NCBI RefSeq assembly: GCF_037042905.1 | Contig: NC_087245.1 | Location: forward strand, 16,680,001-16,744,000 | Direction of reading: 5' to 3' | DNA length: 64,000 nucleotides | Source: Lytechinus pictus | Lineage: Eukaryota | Shown: positions 36,702 through 48,800 of the stretch, piece after piece | How positions within the stretch are numbered: position 1 is the stretch's first letter | Layout: each line of letters begins with the position of its first letter | Notes under the pieces: generated by a model | What the model was told of the DNA's origin: nothing | The model's input: the letters and a program-made list of their open reading frames with translations, nothing else | Database searches by the model: none | Made by a program: the position numbers and the translations under genes

Positions 36702-39039
36702 TATATAGGGACTCTGAGGGCACAATCAGCACAATAGGCACCATCAGCTCAATGAAAGATTCTGAGCTCAATATAAACTTAATAGATATTTCTTTATTCG
36801 GATCGAATAGTTTAACAGAATGTTCTCGATTGCATAATGCTAGTCCAGGGGCCTGTTGCAGAAAGTGTTGCCTTTAAAAACAACTAAAAATCAACCGCAA
36901 GTCACTAACCGTGCATCCCATTGGTTTAAAGTCAATTTCATGTTTGATTAATCACGTTTGATTAAAGATGTCATGCCAATCTTCTTAAACCTTCATTTTC
37001 CTTTTAAATTTAAGTATCGGCCCGCAAGTTGTGGGCCGAAAATCTAAAAAAAAGGAAATAGATGAATAGTGAATTAAGACGTGATTGGGTGCGTACTTTA
37101 TTCAACGCAATAACGAAACTTGGACTGAGAGGTTTTTTTATGAAATCTGAAAGAAGGCCCATCTCTCTTTGTTTAATGAATAATATCGCTTGAAACTCAA
37201 GCCAGTTGTATGAAAAAATGATAATTTATAATAACATAAATTATATACAATATGATTTTGTAATTTCACATTATGCTCAGTTAAAGTGCCATTCACATGT
37301 TTGTGGGACACGCTGTAGTGTACAGTGCTTGGTATGATCATGGAGCTACTCCATGTCATGATCATCCTCTTTAAAACCGGCGGTGTAGTTTTAACATTAC
37401 TGTTTTTTGAAAAAAAGCACACACAAATAATTCTTGTTGTGGCCGTATGCTCATGATTGACAACACTCAAAATCTGAAGAACAGAAAGTGGTTGTAAACA
37501 AAGTCCTAGATCATTGTGAAAACCAATTCAATTAAATCCACGTTTTATAAATATTTACAGTACAATGCACCCAAAAGTTCATAGCGAAACATTATATCGT
37601 CACTATTTTCATTTATCTTCTGAACATCTGTTATTTTAATCTGCTTTTATTGTGTCTAACTTATATGTTAATGTTAAATGTTTTGGACCCCACGGAAGAC
37701 CAGCGTGACTGCATGTGCCAGTCACGCTGAATGTGGGCTATCCACCGTATTTTATTGTATATAATTGTGCTTTTAATACAGAAATAAATACTACTACTAC
37801 TACATAAATATCATCATTGGTGTCTGAGCTTACAATCAGAGCAAAGAGTCCTGTAATTGTTCAGTTTTCCCTAGATTGAAAATTGCAATTAAGTAATTTC
37901 AGTATACACGGTAGAGCAAGGCATTGATATTCCAACAAGTAAAGTCCAAGAAGCAATTCGGTAGTGTGCCTGTGACAAGAAACATTTCTTGTCACAGGCA
38001 CACTGGTATCGTTTTAGAGCAATATCGAGTAATGTATTTTGACAATTTACATGGTATTTTCTTAAAAAGTTATTTTTTCCATAAAAATTCAAATATGGCC
38101 GTCATAATAGCAAATTCTTAATGGTCATCTGCAATGAAAACGTATAAATTAATTCGCTAGATACTTTAGGTTGTATATTTTTAATGGTTAAAATGTAATG
38201 ATACACCGGAAACCGGCTATTTCTGACTCAACTATTTTGGTAACGTCTGTAAAAAAAAATGTGAAGGTGATTATAATCCACTTTGTCCGTTTATACTTAT
38301 ATGAACTTCTCTCTTGCAGTGGGTTGAAAATTTTACTTACACGACTAGGCCAATTTATTTGGTGTAGCAGCTAGATTCTGTCAACCATTGGAACAATTCC
38401 TTTTCAGGTCTAATTGTCAAAACTCATAGCTCTGCGTGCTTGCATTTTATGTATACTTTTATATTCATTCTAAAAACTACTTAAAATCTCCTTTTCATAT
38501 TAGTTTATAACAAATTTCGACTCGCGTTCGCGCGCGCATTAATAGTTAAAAATATTCATTAACACGCGCACCCTGTTCAGGATTACAAAAGGTGCTTAAA
38601 ACATGTAAAATGTCCCATTTTCACGCCTGAACATATATTTAAAGATCGCACTCTCATTAGGCCAATTAATTAATGAGATAATTCATGAATTCCTACGAAT
38701 AGTTCTAGGTCGGAATATCGATTAGTTTCAGATAGCATGCACTTCGAGCTCGCATCATTGTATCCTGTTAAATTTCCCCCTTTTCAGATCGGAATATCAA
38801 AATTTCTCAGCTCGCGCTCACATAATTTATCCTTTATCATGATTACGGAGGGAAATGTAGCGAAAGTTATTTTTCCGCTCCTCCCTATTGGCTCTTGTAT
38901 GAAAACTTCAAATAAATTCAATTTCATGTAACAGAAAAAGAAGGGAGGAACATGACATCATGAGCCCACCTATATGACGGCGTACCTGTACGTATAACTG
39001 TTTTTACAATGCTAAATTTACTTAATTTACTTATACATG

Positions 39040-40520
39040 TAATTGTGTTTATAATGTACGGTATATTCAATTTTACCTTCAAAATGCCCGATAAATTATG
39101 CATGTCCCCTTTCGGATAACATACCATGATATATCTTCCATCTTACTTGAAAATTCTTTAATATTTGTGACATTAGGACGATTGATATACATGTACATTC
39201 AATAGATAAATGCATTTTAATCGAAGAATTTAAGTTGTAAAATAAATTCGAATTATTGATAGTTTTCACAAACTTTTATTTTGAGTATCAAAATGACGAT
39301 TTTATGTTTCATAGTGCCATTACGTGTGTGTAATATTCCAATTTTAAATGCATATTTATTAGACTTATAATTTGAAACTCCAAATAAGAATGATCGCATA
39401 TCAAAGGTAGTCAAACTTTAACATATTCCGTCAAAATATCAAAATGCATGATTTTCGACATTCTTTAAGATTTTACGCTAAAAATTATATTTTCACGCAA
39501 AAGTGCACTTAGCATCCGTCCGGACGTTATTCTTCAGTATTTCCGCAAGACTTTAAAGGAGGGAGTGAACTGTGTGTGGTCTCTCATTGACTGTGTGTTA
39601 TAGATGCATATTCTTTAAATATACGTTTTCAGATATCTACTAATACTACAGATAATAAATTGAACTATAATTGTATTTGTATAGAGAAACTAAAATGTTT
39701 TGAGAGGAAGGGTAATTGTTCTACTATAGCTACTGCGGTATAAATGTATTGAGTAGTTAATTAGCATGTTATCATTCAAGTGGGTCTATATTACTAGACT
39801 ACACTAGCTTTATGGGTCAGGAAACTGGCCAGGTATGAATAGTTGAGGACTCGAGATGGCGCTATTGGTTCGTATCTGCTTTAAGCTGGGATGCCAAGAA
39901 ATGGCCAATTTTGCTATCCAAAGTATAAAAACTATTAGTATGTACTTACACATGTAATTATGTACATAATGTACGGTATGTTCAAGTTTTCATTCAAAAT
40001 GCGCACATTTGAAATACACTTTGTCTCCTTTCGGATAACATGAAATGAAATATCTTCCATCCTATTTGAAAATTCTTTTCATATTTGCGGCATTAGGACA
40101 TTTACTATACATTCGATGGACAAAATAATTTAAATCGAAGACTTTAAGTTGTGTAAAAAAACTTCAAACTATTGATAGTTTTCAAAAACTTTTATTTTGA
40201 GGAAATCGCGGTTTTATGTTTCGTTGTGCCATATATGTGTGTGTAATATTCAAATTTGAAATGTTTATTTATGAGACTTATATTTTGGAAAAAAACAAAT
40301 AAAAAGAATCGCATATCAAAGGTAATAAAAAATTCCGTCAAAATATCAAAATGCGTGATTTTCGACATTCTTTCAGATTTTACGCTAAAAATGACACTTT
40401 CACGCAAAAGTGCGCTTGGCATCCGGTCGTACGCTATTTCTGGGTATTTTTGCAAGACTTTTAGCTGGGATGCCAAGCATTAGCAAGCATTAACAAATTT
40501 TGCCGTCCAAAGTATAACAA
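39040..40520 (+). repeat. Diverged tandem duplication (~0.6-kb unit); first copy interrupted by a TTAA-flanked insertion at 39557-39880
   Basis: TAATGTACGGTAT.TTCAA at ~39051 and ~39967; CCGTCAAAATATCAAAATGC at ~39428 and ~40335; GCTGGGATGCCAAG at 39885 and 40464. Confidence 0.75.
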
Positions 40521-41559
40521 ATCGTTTTGGCCGGTCTACTATTACCGATATACAATTTATCAATTTATAGGACAAAAACCAGGTTTGAATAATTTGTAAA
40601 CATAACAATCTAATGAGTATTGCAAATGCGAATGAACTTTTGTTGAGAATGTTGGGTCATCTCTGAATATCATCTTTATAAATTTATTCAAATTCTTTAT
40701 TTCTGCAATCTTGTTCTTTTCATTGCATCAATATGCTAGTTCCATGATTTTTTTTTAAAGTTTATAATTAGAGACGTCTGTCATGCCATATAATTCATTT
40801 CATCAAAATTTCATTCTTTGCACCGGATTAAGTTCCCGCTACGTGGTTTCAATGCAGAAAGAATGCCTAGAAAGTAGCGCCAACTTAGTTGTCTTCGAAA
40901 AATGTGAAATCGTCCCATGCATGCTATGTCCTTACTAAGTTCATGATGATTTGGTGGCGTTCACACTTAGTTTATTGTGCGCGCACTAGCGGTCCATTCG
41001 TGGTCGAAACTGCCCCCGCTACGTTCAAGCAGATTGCGACCCGTACCTATGTGTCCTTCACGTGAGTACAACGATCATGCAGGTCAACATACTTGGAGTT
41101 GGACAGAGTTGTTGTTACTTTTTTTCCGTGTCTACTACGTCTATGCTACGTCGATGGAGCCGTTAGTAGGTCCTAAGACTGAAGGTCCTTACTGCGTCAC
41201 TACTATGCACTGGTCAGACCGCGCTCCCTCCACGTTAGTAACAGTTCTCTCTACGCTGTACCAGTTATATTTTCTTTAACGCAGCGAAAACTACATGGAA
41301 GGTAGCGTTGGTTTAAAGGGGGGTAAAGGCACCCTTATTCTTGACAATAATGATCCAATCAACTTCCATTCTCATCTCACCTCTAACCAATGAGTAAATG
41401 AGACTTGATTTATTACATCTCGAATGTTTAAAGGGGTAGGCCAGGCTGTAAATAATATGATGTGAACATATGTAGACAAATCAGACAACAAAACATTTTT
41501 TTATTAATGTTACTTTATTTGTTTATTCATTATTTTCAGCCTGGTGTATCCTCTCTAAC

Positions 41560-43760
41560 CGGTAGGCAAACGGATCTTTCAGTCAAATCACTCTTTTTCA
41601 AGTATTTGTAAGAATGCATTAAATTTATGTCTGAGAAACGTTATCCTGTGAATTATGAACCTACTGGCACTTCATTATAAAAAAATGTAAGAGCCTACTG
41701 GACTAGCCCCTTCTGTTGCAATAGAACGGAACGCCCATTCAGATTTTTTTTTTATTCTATGTATTTGTAAGAATGTTAATTTCTGTCTGGGAGATGGCGT
41801 CCTGTGAATTATGAGCCTACTGTAAGAGAACGGAACGCACAGTCAGATTGTTTGTGGTTTAAATAGTGTAAGAATATTAACTTCTGTATGGGAGATGGCG
41901 TCCTGTGAATTACGACCCTACTTGGCTTGTCCAGTATGATTATGAGCCTACTACCCCTTAAATAGAAAGACCGAACACCCAGTCAGACCTTTCGAATGTT
42001 ATATCAAATGTTTGTAAGAATGTTGTTACTATCTGCGAGATATGATCTCCTGCGAGTTATGAGCCTACTGGGCTTGCCCTTGAAATAGAAGAATGGAATG
42101 CCCGGTCATGTTTGGTATTTTTAAGTATTTTTAAGAATATAAATTTCTGTCTGGAAGACGGTGTCTTGTGAATGATGTGCCTACTCGGCCTGTCCCTTAA
42201 ACTATAGTAAAACGGAACGCCCAGTCAGATTGTTTCGTATGAAATATGAAATTATGTTTTCATATAATGAAATGAATTATGAATTCATTTATCAACTAAG
42301 AAGGAAAGTTGAGCATTGACTTCGAACCACCTGTTGCTTAATAATGGAGGCATGAATCGTTTTTCTTTTCTTGCTTAATAATGCTCAACTTTAAATTTCT
42401 ATAACTTCGTTATTGATATAGGATTTTTTTGAAATTTCAAATATTTTTTGGGTGAATTAATTAAACATATTGAGTCATTTATTATTTCCAACACGGGGAT
42501 ATCCTTTTAACCTGTAGGCGACCAACTCGTACATTCAAATCACATTTTCAAGAATTTGTGAGAGTATAGCTAATTTTTGTCTTAGAACACCATGTAAGTA
42601 ATCAGAATAATGAACAGAATCCCCAGTTAGATTATATATATATATATATATATATTATATATGTATGTATATATATACACATATATATAATTTATATGTA
42701 ACTTAAATGTTTGTAAGAACGTTTTTAATTTCTCCCTGGGAGATGCTGTCCTGTGAATGGTCGGCGTACTGGGCTAGCCCCTTAAACTATTGGAGAACAG
42801 AACACCCAGTTAGATTGTGTTGTGTTTTAATTATTTGTAGGAATTTCACTTTCTGTCTGGAATATGGTGTCCTGTGAAAAATGATCCTAATGTAATGGGA
42901 TCTTCCCTTAGACTGAAGGAGAACAGAGCGGCCGGTCTGATTGTTTTGTATTTTAAGTATTTTGTAAGAATAATGTTAATTTCTCTCTGGGAGATGGTGT
43001 CCTGTGAATAATGAGCCCATTGGGCTTCTCCCTTAAACTGTAGGAGAACGGAACGCCCAGTCAGATTGTTTTGTATTTTTAAGTATTTGTAAAAATATTG
43101 TTAATTTCTGTCTGGGAGATGGCATCCTGTGAATGATGAGCCTACTGGGCTTGTCCCTTAAACTGTAGGAGAACGGAACGCCCAGTCAGATTGTTTTGTA
43201 TTTTTAAGTATTTGTAAAAATATTGTTAATTTCTGTCTGGGAGATGGCATCCTGTGAATGATGAGCCTACTGGGCTTGTCCCTTAAACTGTAGGAGAACG
43301 GAACGCCCAGTCAGATTGTTTTGTATTTTTAAGTATTTGTAAAAATATTGTTAATTTCTGTCTGGGAGATGGCATCCTGTGAATGATGAGCCTACTGGGC
43401 TTGTCCCTTAAAATGTAGGAGAACGGAACGCCCAGTCAGATTGTTTTGTATTTTTAAGTATTGGTAAGAATAATGTTAATTTTTGTCTGGAAGATGGTGT
43501 CCTGTGAATGATGAGCCTACTAGACTTGTCCCTTAAACTGTAGGAGAACGGAACGCCCAGTCAGATCGTTTTGTATTCTTAAGTATTTGTAAGAATATTA
43601 ATTTTTGTCTGGGAGATGGCATCCTGTGAATGATGAGCCTACTGGACTTGTCCCTTAAACTGTAGGAGAACGGAACGCCCAGTCAGATCGTTTTGTATTC
43701 TTAAGTATTTGTAAGAATATTAATTTTTGTCTGGGAGATGGTGTCCTGTGAATGATGAGC
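41560..43760. repeat. 122-125-bp minisatellite array (diverged at left, homogeneous at right); duplicated at ~49420-51520
   Basis: Monomer TCTGTCTGGGAGATGGCATCCTGTGAATGATGAGCCTACTGGGCTTGTCCCTTAAACTGTAGGAGAACGGAACGCCCAGTCAGA plus AT-rich spacer; equivalent positions at 43021, 43146, 43271, 43396, 43521 and 43643. Confidence 0.9.
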
Positions 43761-44536
43761 CTATTGTTTGTCTATGTTTTTCATGTTTGTAATAACTGTA
43801 TTTTTTTTGTCTGTGAAATGATGTCCAGTAGATCAGGAGCCTACAGGGCTTGCCCCTTAAAGGGGTTTTCCATGTTGAAAATAATATAACACTGGAAATT
43901 TCATCAAAAATGGACAAGGAATAAACAAAGTTATCGAAATGTCTAGATATATTTTTATAAATTTATATGATATTTGTTCTCAAAAAATAAAAAACAGGAT
44001 TAATTACTGCTTTTATGTGATTTGAAAGATCGTCTTTGCTGAAATTTGATTTGTAACAAGGGGACATGTTGAAATATGAAATAATTATGATTTCATGTAC
44101 TGAAAACAATATGAATTCTTGAATAAGAAAGAAAGGAGAGACCCGACATCATCGACGAGCCGAATGTTTATTTTATGGCGGGATGAATCCATTTTTTTCA
44201 CAGAATATTCAGTAACTTCGTTTTTTTTATATCAGATTTTGATGAAAATTTGAGCGTTTTTTTTTTCTTAATGAGTTATACTTTATTTACTCTTATTTAT
44301 ACTTATTTCAGCCCGAGGAATTCCATTTTACCAGTATATTCCTATATATATTCTGCTTCGGCACATGGAGTAAAATAATCACAAATAGTTTAGAAAATGC
44401 CGTAGAAATGAAATCGTAGATTTTAAAAGGAGCATAGCTCTCAAAAAGAGTGTGACTTTACCTTTCATTTTTTTAGAGCTATGCTCCTTTTAAAATCTAC
44501 GATTTTATTTCTACGGCATTTTATTAACTATTTGTG

Positions 44537-44574
<38 letters not shown>

Positions 44575-45800
44575 TTGTATATACTTATGTATAGGGACCA
44601 GTTTCATACATGAATTACAACTTTTGTAACTTTGCCATTATGGCAACTACCATGCTAACAGGGCTCAGCAGCCGATCACAATCAATTGTTACCACAGTTG
44701 TAACTCAAATCATTGTTTAATTATTTGTAAGAATGTAGTTGACATCTGTCTGGGAGATGGTATCCTGTGAATTATGAGCCAACAGGGCTTGTCCCTTAAA
44801 CTGTAAGAGAACGGAACGCCCAGTCAGATTGTTTTGTATTTTTTAGTATTTGTAAAAATATTGTTAATTTCTGTCTGGGAGATGGCATCCTGTGAATGAT
44901 GAGCCTACTGGACTTGTCCCTTAAACTGTAGGAGAACGGAACGCCCAGTCAGATCGTTTTGTATTCTTAAGTATTTGTAAGAATATTAATTTTTGTCTGG
45001 GAGATGGTGTCCTGTGAATGATGAGCCTATTGTTTGTCTATGTTTTTCATGTTTGTAATAACTGTATTTTTTTTGTCTGTGAAATGATGTCCAGTGAATC
45101 AGGAGCCTACAGGGCTTGCCCCTTAAAGGGGTTTCCATGTTGAAAATAATATAACACTGGAAATTTCATCAAAAATGGACAAGGAATAAACAAAGTTATC
45201 GAAATGTCTAGATATATTTTTATAAATTTATATGATATTTGTTCTCAAAAAATTAAAAACAGGATTAATTACTGCTTTTATGTGATTTGAAAGATCGTCT
45301 TTGCTGAAATTTGATTTGTAACAAGGGGACATGTTGAAATATGAAATAATTATGATTTCATGTACTGAAAACAATATGAATTCTTGAATAAGAAAGAAAG
45401 GAGAGACCCGACATCATCGACGAGCCGAATGTTTATTTTATGGCGGGATGAATCCATTTTTTTCACAGAATATTCAGTAACTTCGTTTTTTTTATATCAG
45501 ATTTTGATGAAAATTTGAGCGTTTTTTTTTCTTAATGAGTTATACTTTATTTACTCTTATTTATACTTATTTCAGCCCGAGGAATTCCATTTTACCAGTA
45601 TATTCCTATATATATTCTGCTTCGGCACATGGAGTAAAATAATCACAAATAGTTTAGAAAATGCCGTAGAAATGAAATCGTAGATTTTAAAAGGAGCATA
45701 GCTCTCAAAAAGAGTGTGACTTTACCTTTCATTTTTTTAGAGCTATGCTCCTTTTAAAATCTACGATTTTATTTCTACGGCATTTTCTTAACTATTTGTG

Positions 45801-45838
<38 letters not shown>

Positions 45839-48800
45839 TTGTATATACTTATGTATAGGGACCAGTTTCATACATGAATTACAACTTTTGTAACTTTGCC
45901 ATTATGGCAACTACCATGCTAACAGGGCTCAGCAGCCGATCACAATCAATTGTTACCACAGTTGTAACTCAAATCATTGTTTAATTATTTGTAAGAATGT
46001 AGTTGACATCTGTCTGGGAGATGGTATCCTGTGAATTATGAGCCAACAGGGCTTGTCCCTTAAACTGTAAGAGAACGGAACGCCCAGTCAGATTGCTTTG
46101 TATTTTTAAGTATTTGTAAAAATATTGTTAATTTCTGTCTGGGAGATGGCATCCTGTGAATGATGAGCCTACTGGACTTGTCCCTTAAACTGTAGGAGAA
46201 CGGAACGCCCAGTCAGATCGTTTTGTATTCTTAAGTATTTGTAAGAATATTAATTTTTGTCTGGGAGATGGTGTCCTGTGAATGATGAGCCTATTGTTTG
46301 TCTATGTTTTTCATGTTTGTAATAACTGTATTGTTTTTGTCTGTGAAATGATGTCCAGTGAATCAGGAGCCTACAGGGCTTGCCCCTTAAAGGGGTTTTC
46401 CATGTTGAAAATAATATAACACTGGAAATTTCATCAAAAATGGACAAGGAATAAACAAAGTTATCGAAATGTCTAGATATATTTTTATAAATTTATATGA
46501 TATTTGTTCTCAAAAAATTAAAAACAGGATTAATTACTGCTTTTATGTGATTTGAAAGATCGTCTTTGCTGAAATTTGATTTGTAACAAGGGGACATGTT
46601 GAAATATGAAATAATTATGATTTCATGTACTGAAAACAATATGAATTCTTGAAATAAGAAAGAAAGGAGAGACCCGACATCATCGACGAGCCGAATGTTT
46701 ATTTTATGGCGGGATGAATCCATTTTTTTCACAGAATATTCAGTAACTTCGTTTTTTTTATATCAGATTTTGATGAAAATTTGAGCGTTTTTTTTTCTTA
46801 ATGAGTTATACTTTATTTACTCTTATTTATACTTATTTCAGCCCGAGGAATTCCATTTTACCAGTATATTCCTATATATATTCTGCTTCGGCACATGGAG
46901 TAAAATAATCACAAATAGTTTAGAAAATGCCGTAGAAATGAAATCGTAGATTTTAAAAGGAGCATAGCTCTCAAAAAGAGTGTGACTTTACCTTTCATTT
47001 TTTTAGAGCTATGCTCCTTTTAAAATCTACGATTTTATTTCTACGGCATTTTCTTAACTATCTGTGATTATATATATATATATATATATGTATATATTTA
47101 CCTTGTATATACTTATGTATAGGGACCAGTTTCATACATGAATTACAACTTTTGTAACTTTGCCATTATGGCAACTACCATGCTAACAGGGCTCAGCAGC
47201 CGATCACAATCAATTGTTACCACAGTTGTAACTCAAATCATTGTTTAATTATTTGTAAGAATGTAGTTGACATCTGTCTGGGAGATGGTATCCTGTGAAT
47301 TATGAGCCAACAGGGCTTGTCCCTTAAACTGTAAGAGAACGGAACGCCCAGTCAGATTGTTTTGTATTTTTAAGTATTTGTAAAAATATTGTTAATTTCT
47401 GTCTGGGAGATGGCATCCTGTGAATGATGAGCCTACTGGACTTGTCCCTTAAACTGTAGGAGAACGGAACGCCCAGTCAGATCGTTTTGTATTCTTAAGT
47501 ATTTGTAAGAATATTAATTTTTGTCTGGGAGATGGTGTCCTGTGAATGATGAGCCTATTGTTTGTCTATGTTTTTCATGTTTGTAATAACTGTATTGTTT
47601 TTGTCTGTGAAATGATGTCCAGTGAATCAGGAGCCTACAGGGCTTGCCCCTTAAAGGGGTTTTCCATGTTGAAAATAATATAACACTGGAAATTTCATCA
47701 AAAATGGACAAGGAATAAACAAAGTTATCGAAATGTCTAGATATATTTTTATAAATTTATATGATATTTGTTCTCAAAAAATTAAAAACAGGATTAATTA
47801 CTGCTTTTATGTGATTTGAAAGATCGTCTTTGCTGAAATTTGATTTGTAACAAGGGGACATGTTGAAATATGAAATAATTATGATTTCATGTACTGAAAA
47901 CAATATGAATTCTTGAAATAAGAAAGAAAGGAGAGACCCGACATCATCGACGAGCCGAATGTTTATTTTATGGCGGGATGAATCCATTTTTTTCACAGAA
48001 TATTCAGTAACTTCGTTTTTTTTATATCAGATTTTGATGAAAATTTGAGCGTTTTTTTTTCTTAATGAGTTATACTTTATTTACTCTTATTTATACTTAT
48101 TTCAGCACGAGGAATTCCATTTTACCAGTATATTCCTATATATATTCTGCTTCGGCACATGGAGTAAAATAATCACAAATAGTTTAGAAAATGCCGTAGA
48201 AATGAAATCGTAGATTTTAAAAGGAGCATAGCTCTCAAAAAGAGTGTGACTTTACCTTTCATTTTTTTAGAGCTATGCTCCTTTTAAAATCTACGATTTT
48301 ATTTCTACGGCATTTTCTTAACTATCTGTGATTATATATATATATATATATATGTATATATTTACCTTGTATATACTTATGTATAGGGACCAGTTTCATA
48401 CATGAATTACAACTTTTGTAACTTTGCCATTATGGCAACTACCATGCTAACAGGGCTCAGCAGCCGATCACAATCAATTGTTACCACAGTTGTAACTCAA
48501 ATCATTGTTTAATTATTTGTAAGAATGTAGTTGACATCTGTCTGGGAGATGGTATCCTGTGAATTATGAGCCAACAGGGCTTGTCCCTTAAACTGTAAGA
48601 GAACGGAACGCCCAGTCAGATTGTTTTGTATTTTTAAGTATTTGTAAAAATATTGTTAATTTCTGTCTGGGAGATGGCATCCTGTGAATGATGAGCCTAC
48701 TGGACTTGTCCCTTAAACTGTAGGAGAACGGAACACCCAGTCAGATCGTTTTGTATTCTTAAGTATTTGTAAGAATATTAATTTTTGTCTGGGAGATGGT

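Noticed and set aside
43107..43192. SECIS, box C/D snoRNA, hammerhead or twister interpretation of the monomer
   Set aside because: ATGA/GA are present but the helix is too short and AAA is misplaced for a SECIS; no terminal CTGA D box; no CTGATGA..GAAA core; twister cleavage and pseudoknot motifs not found.
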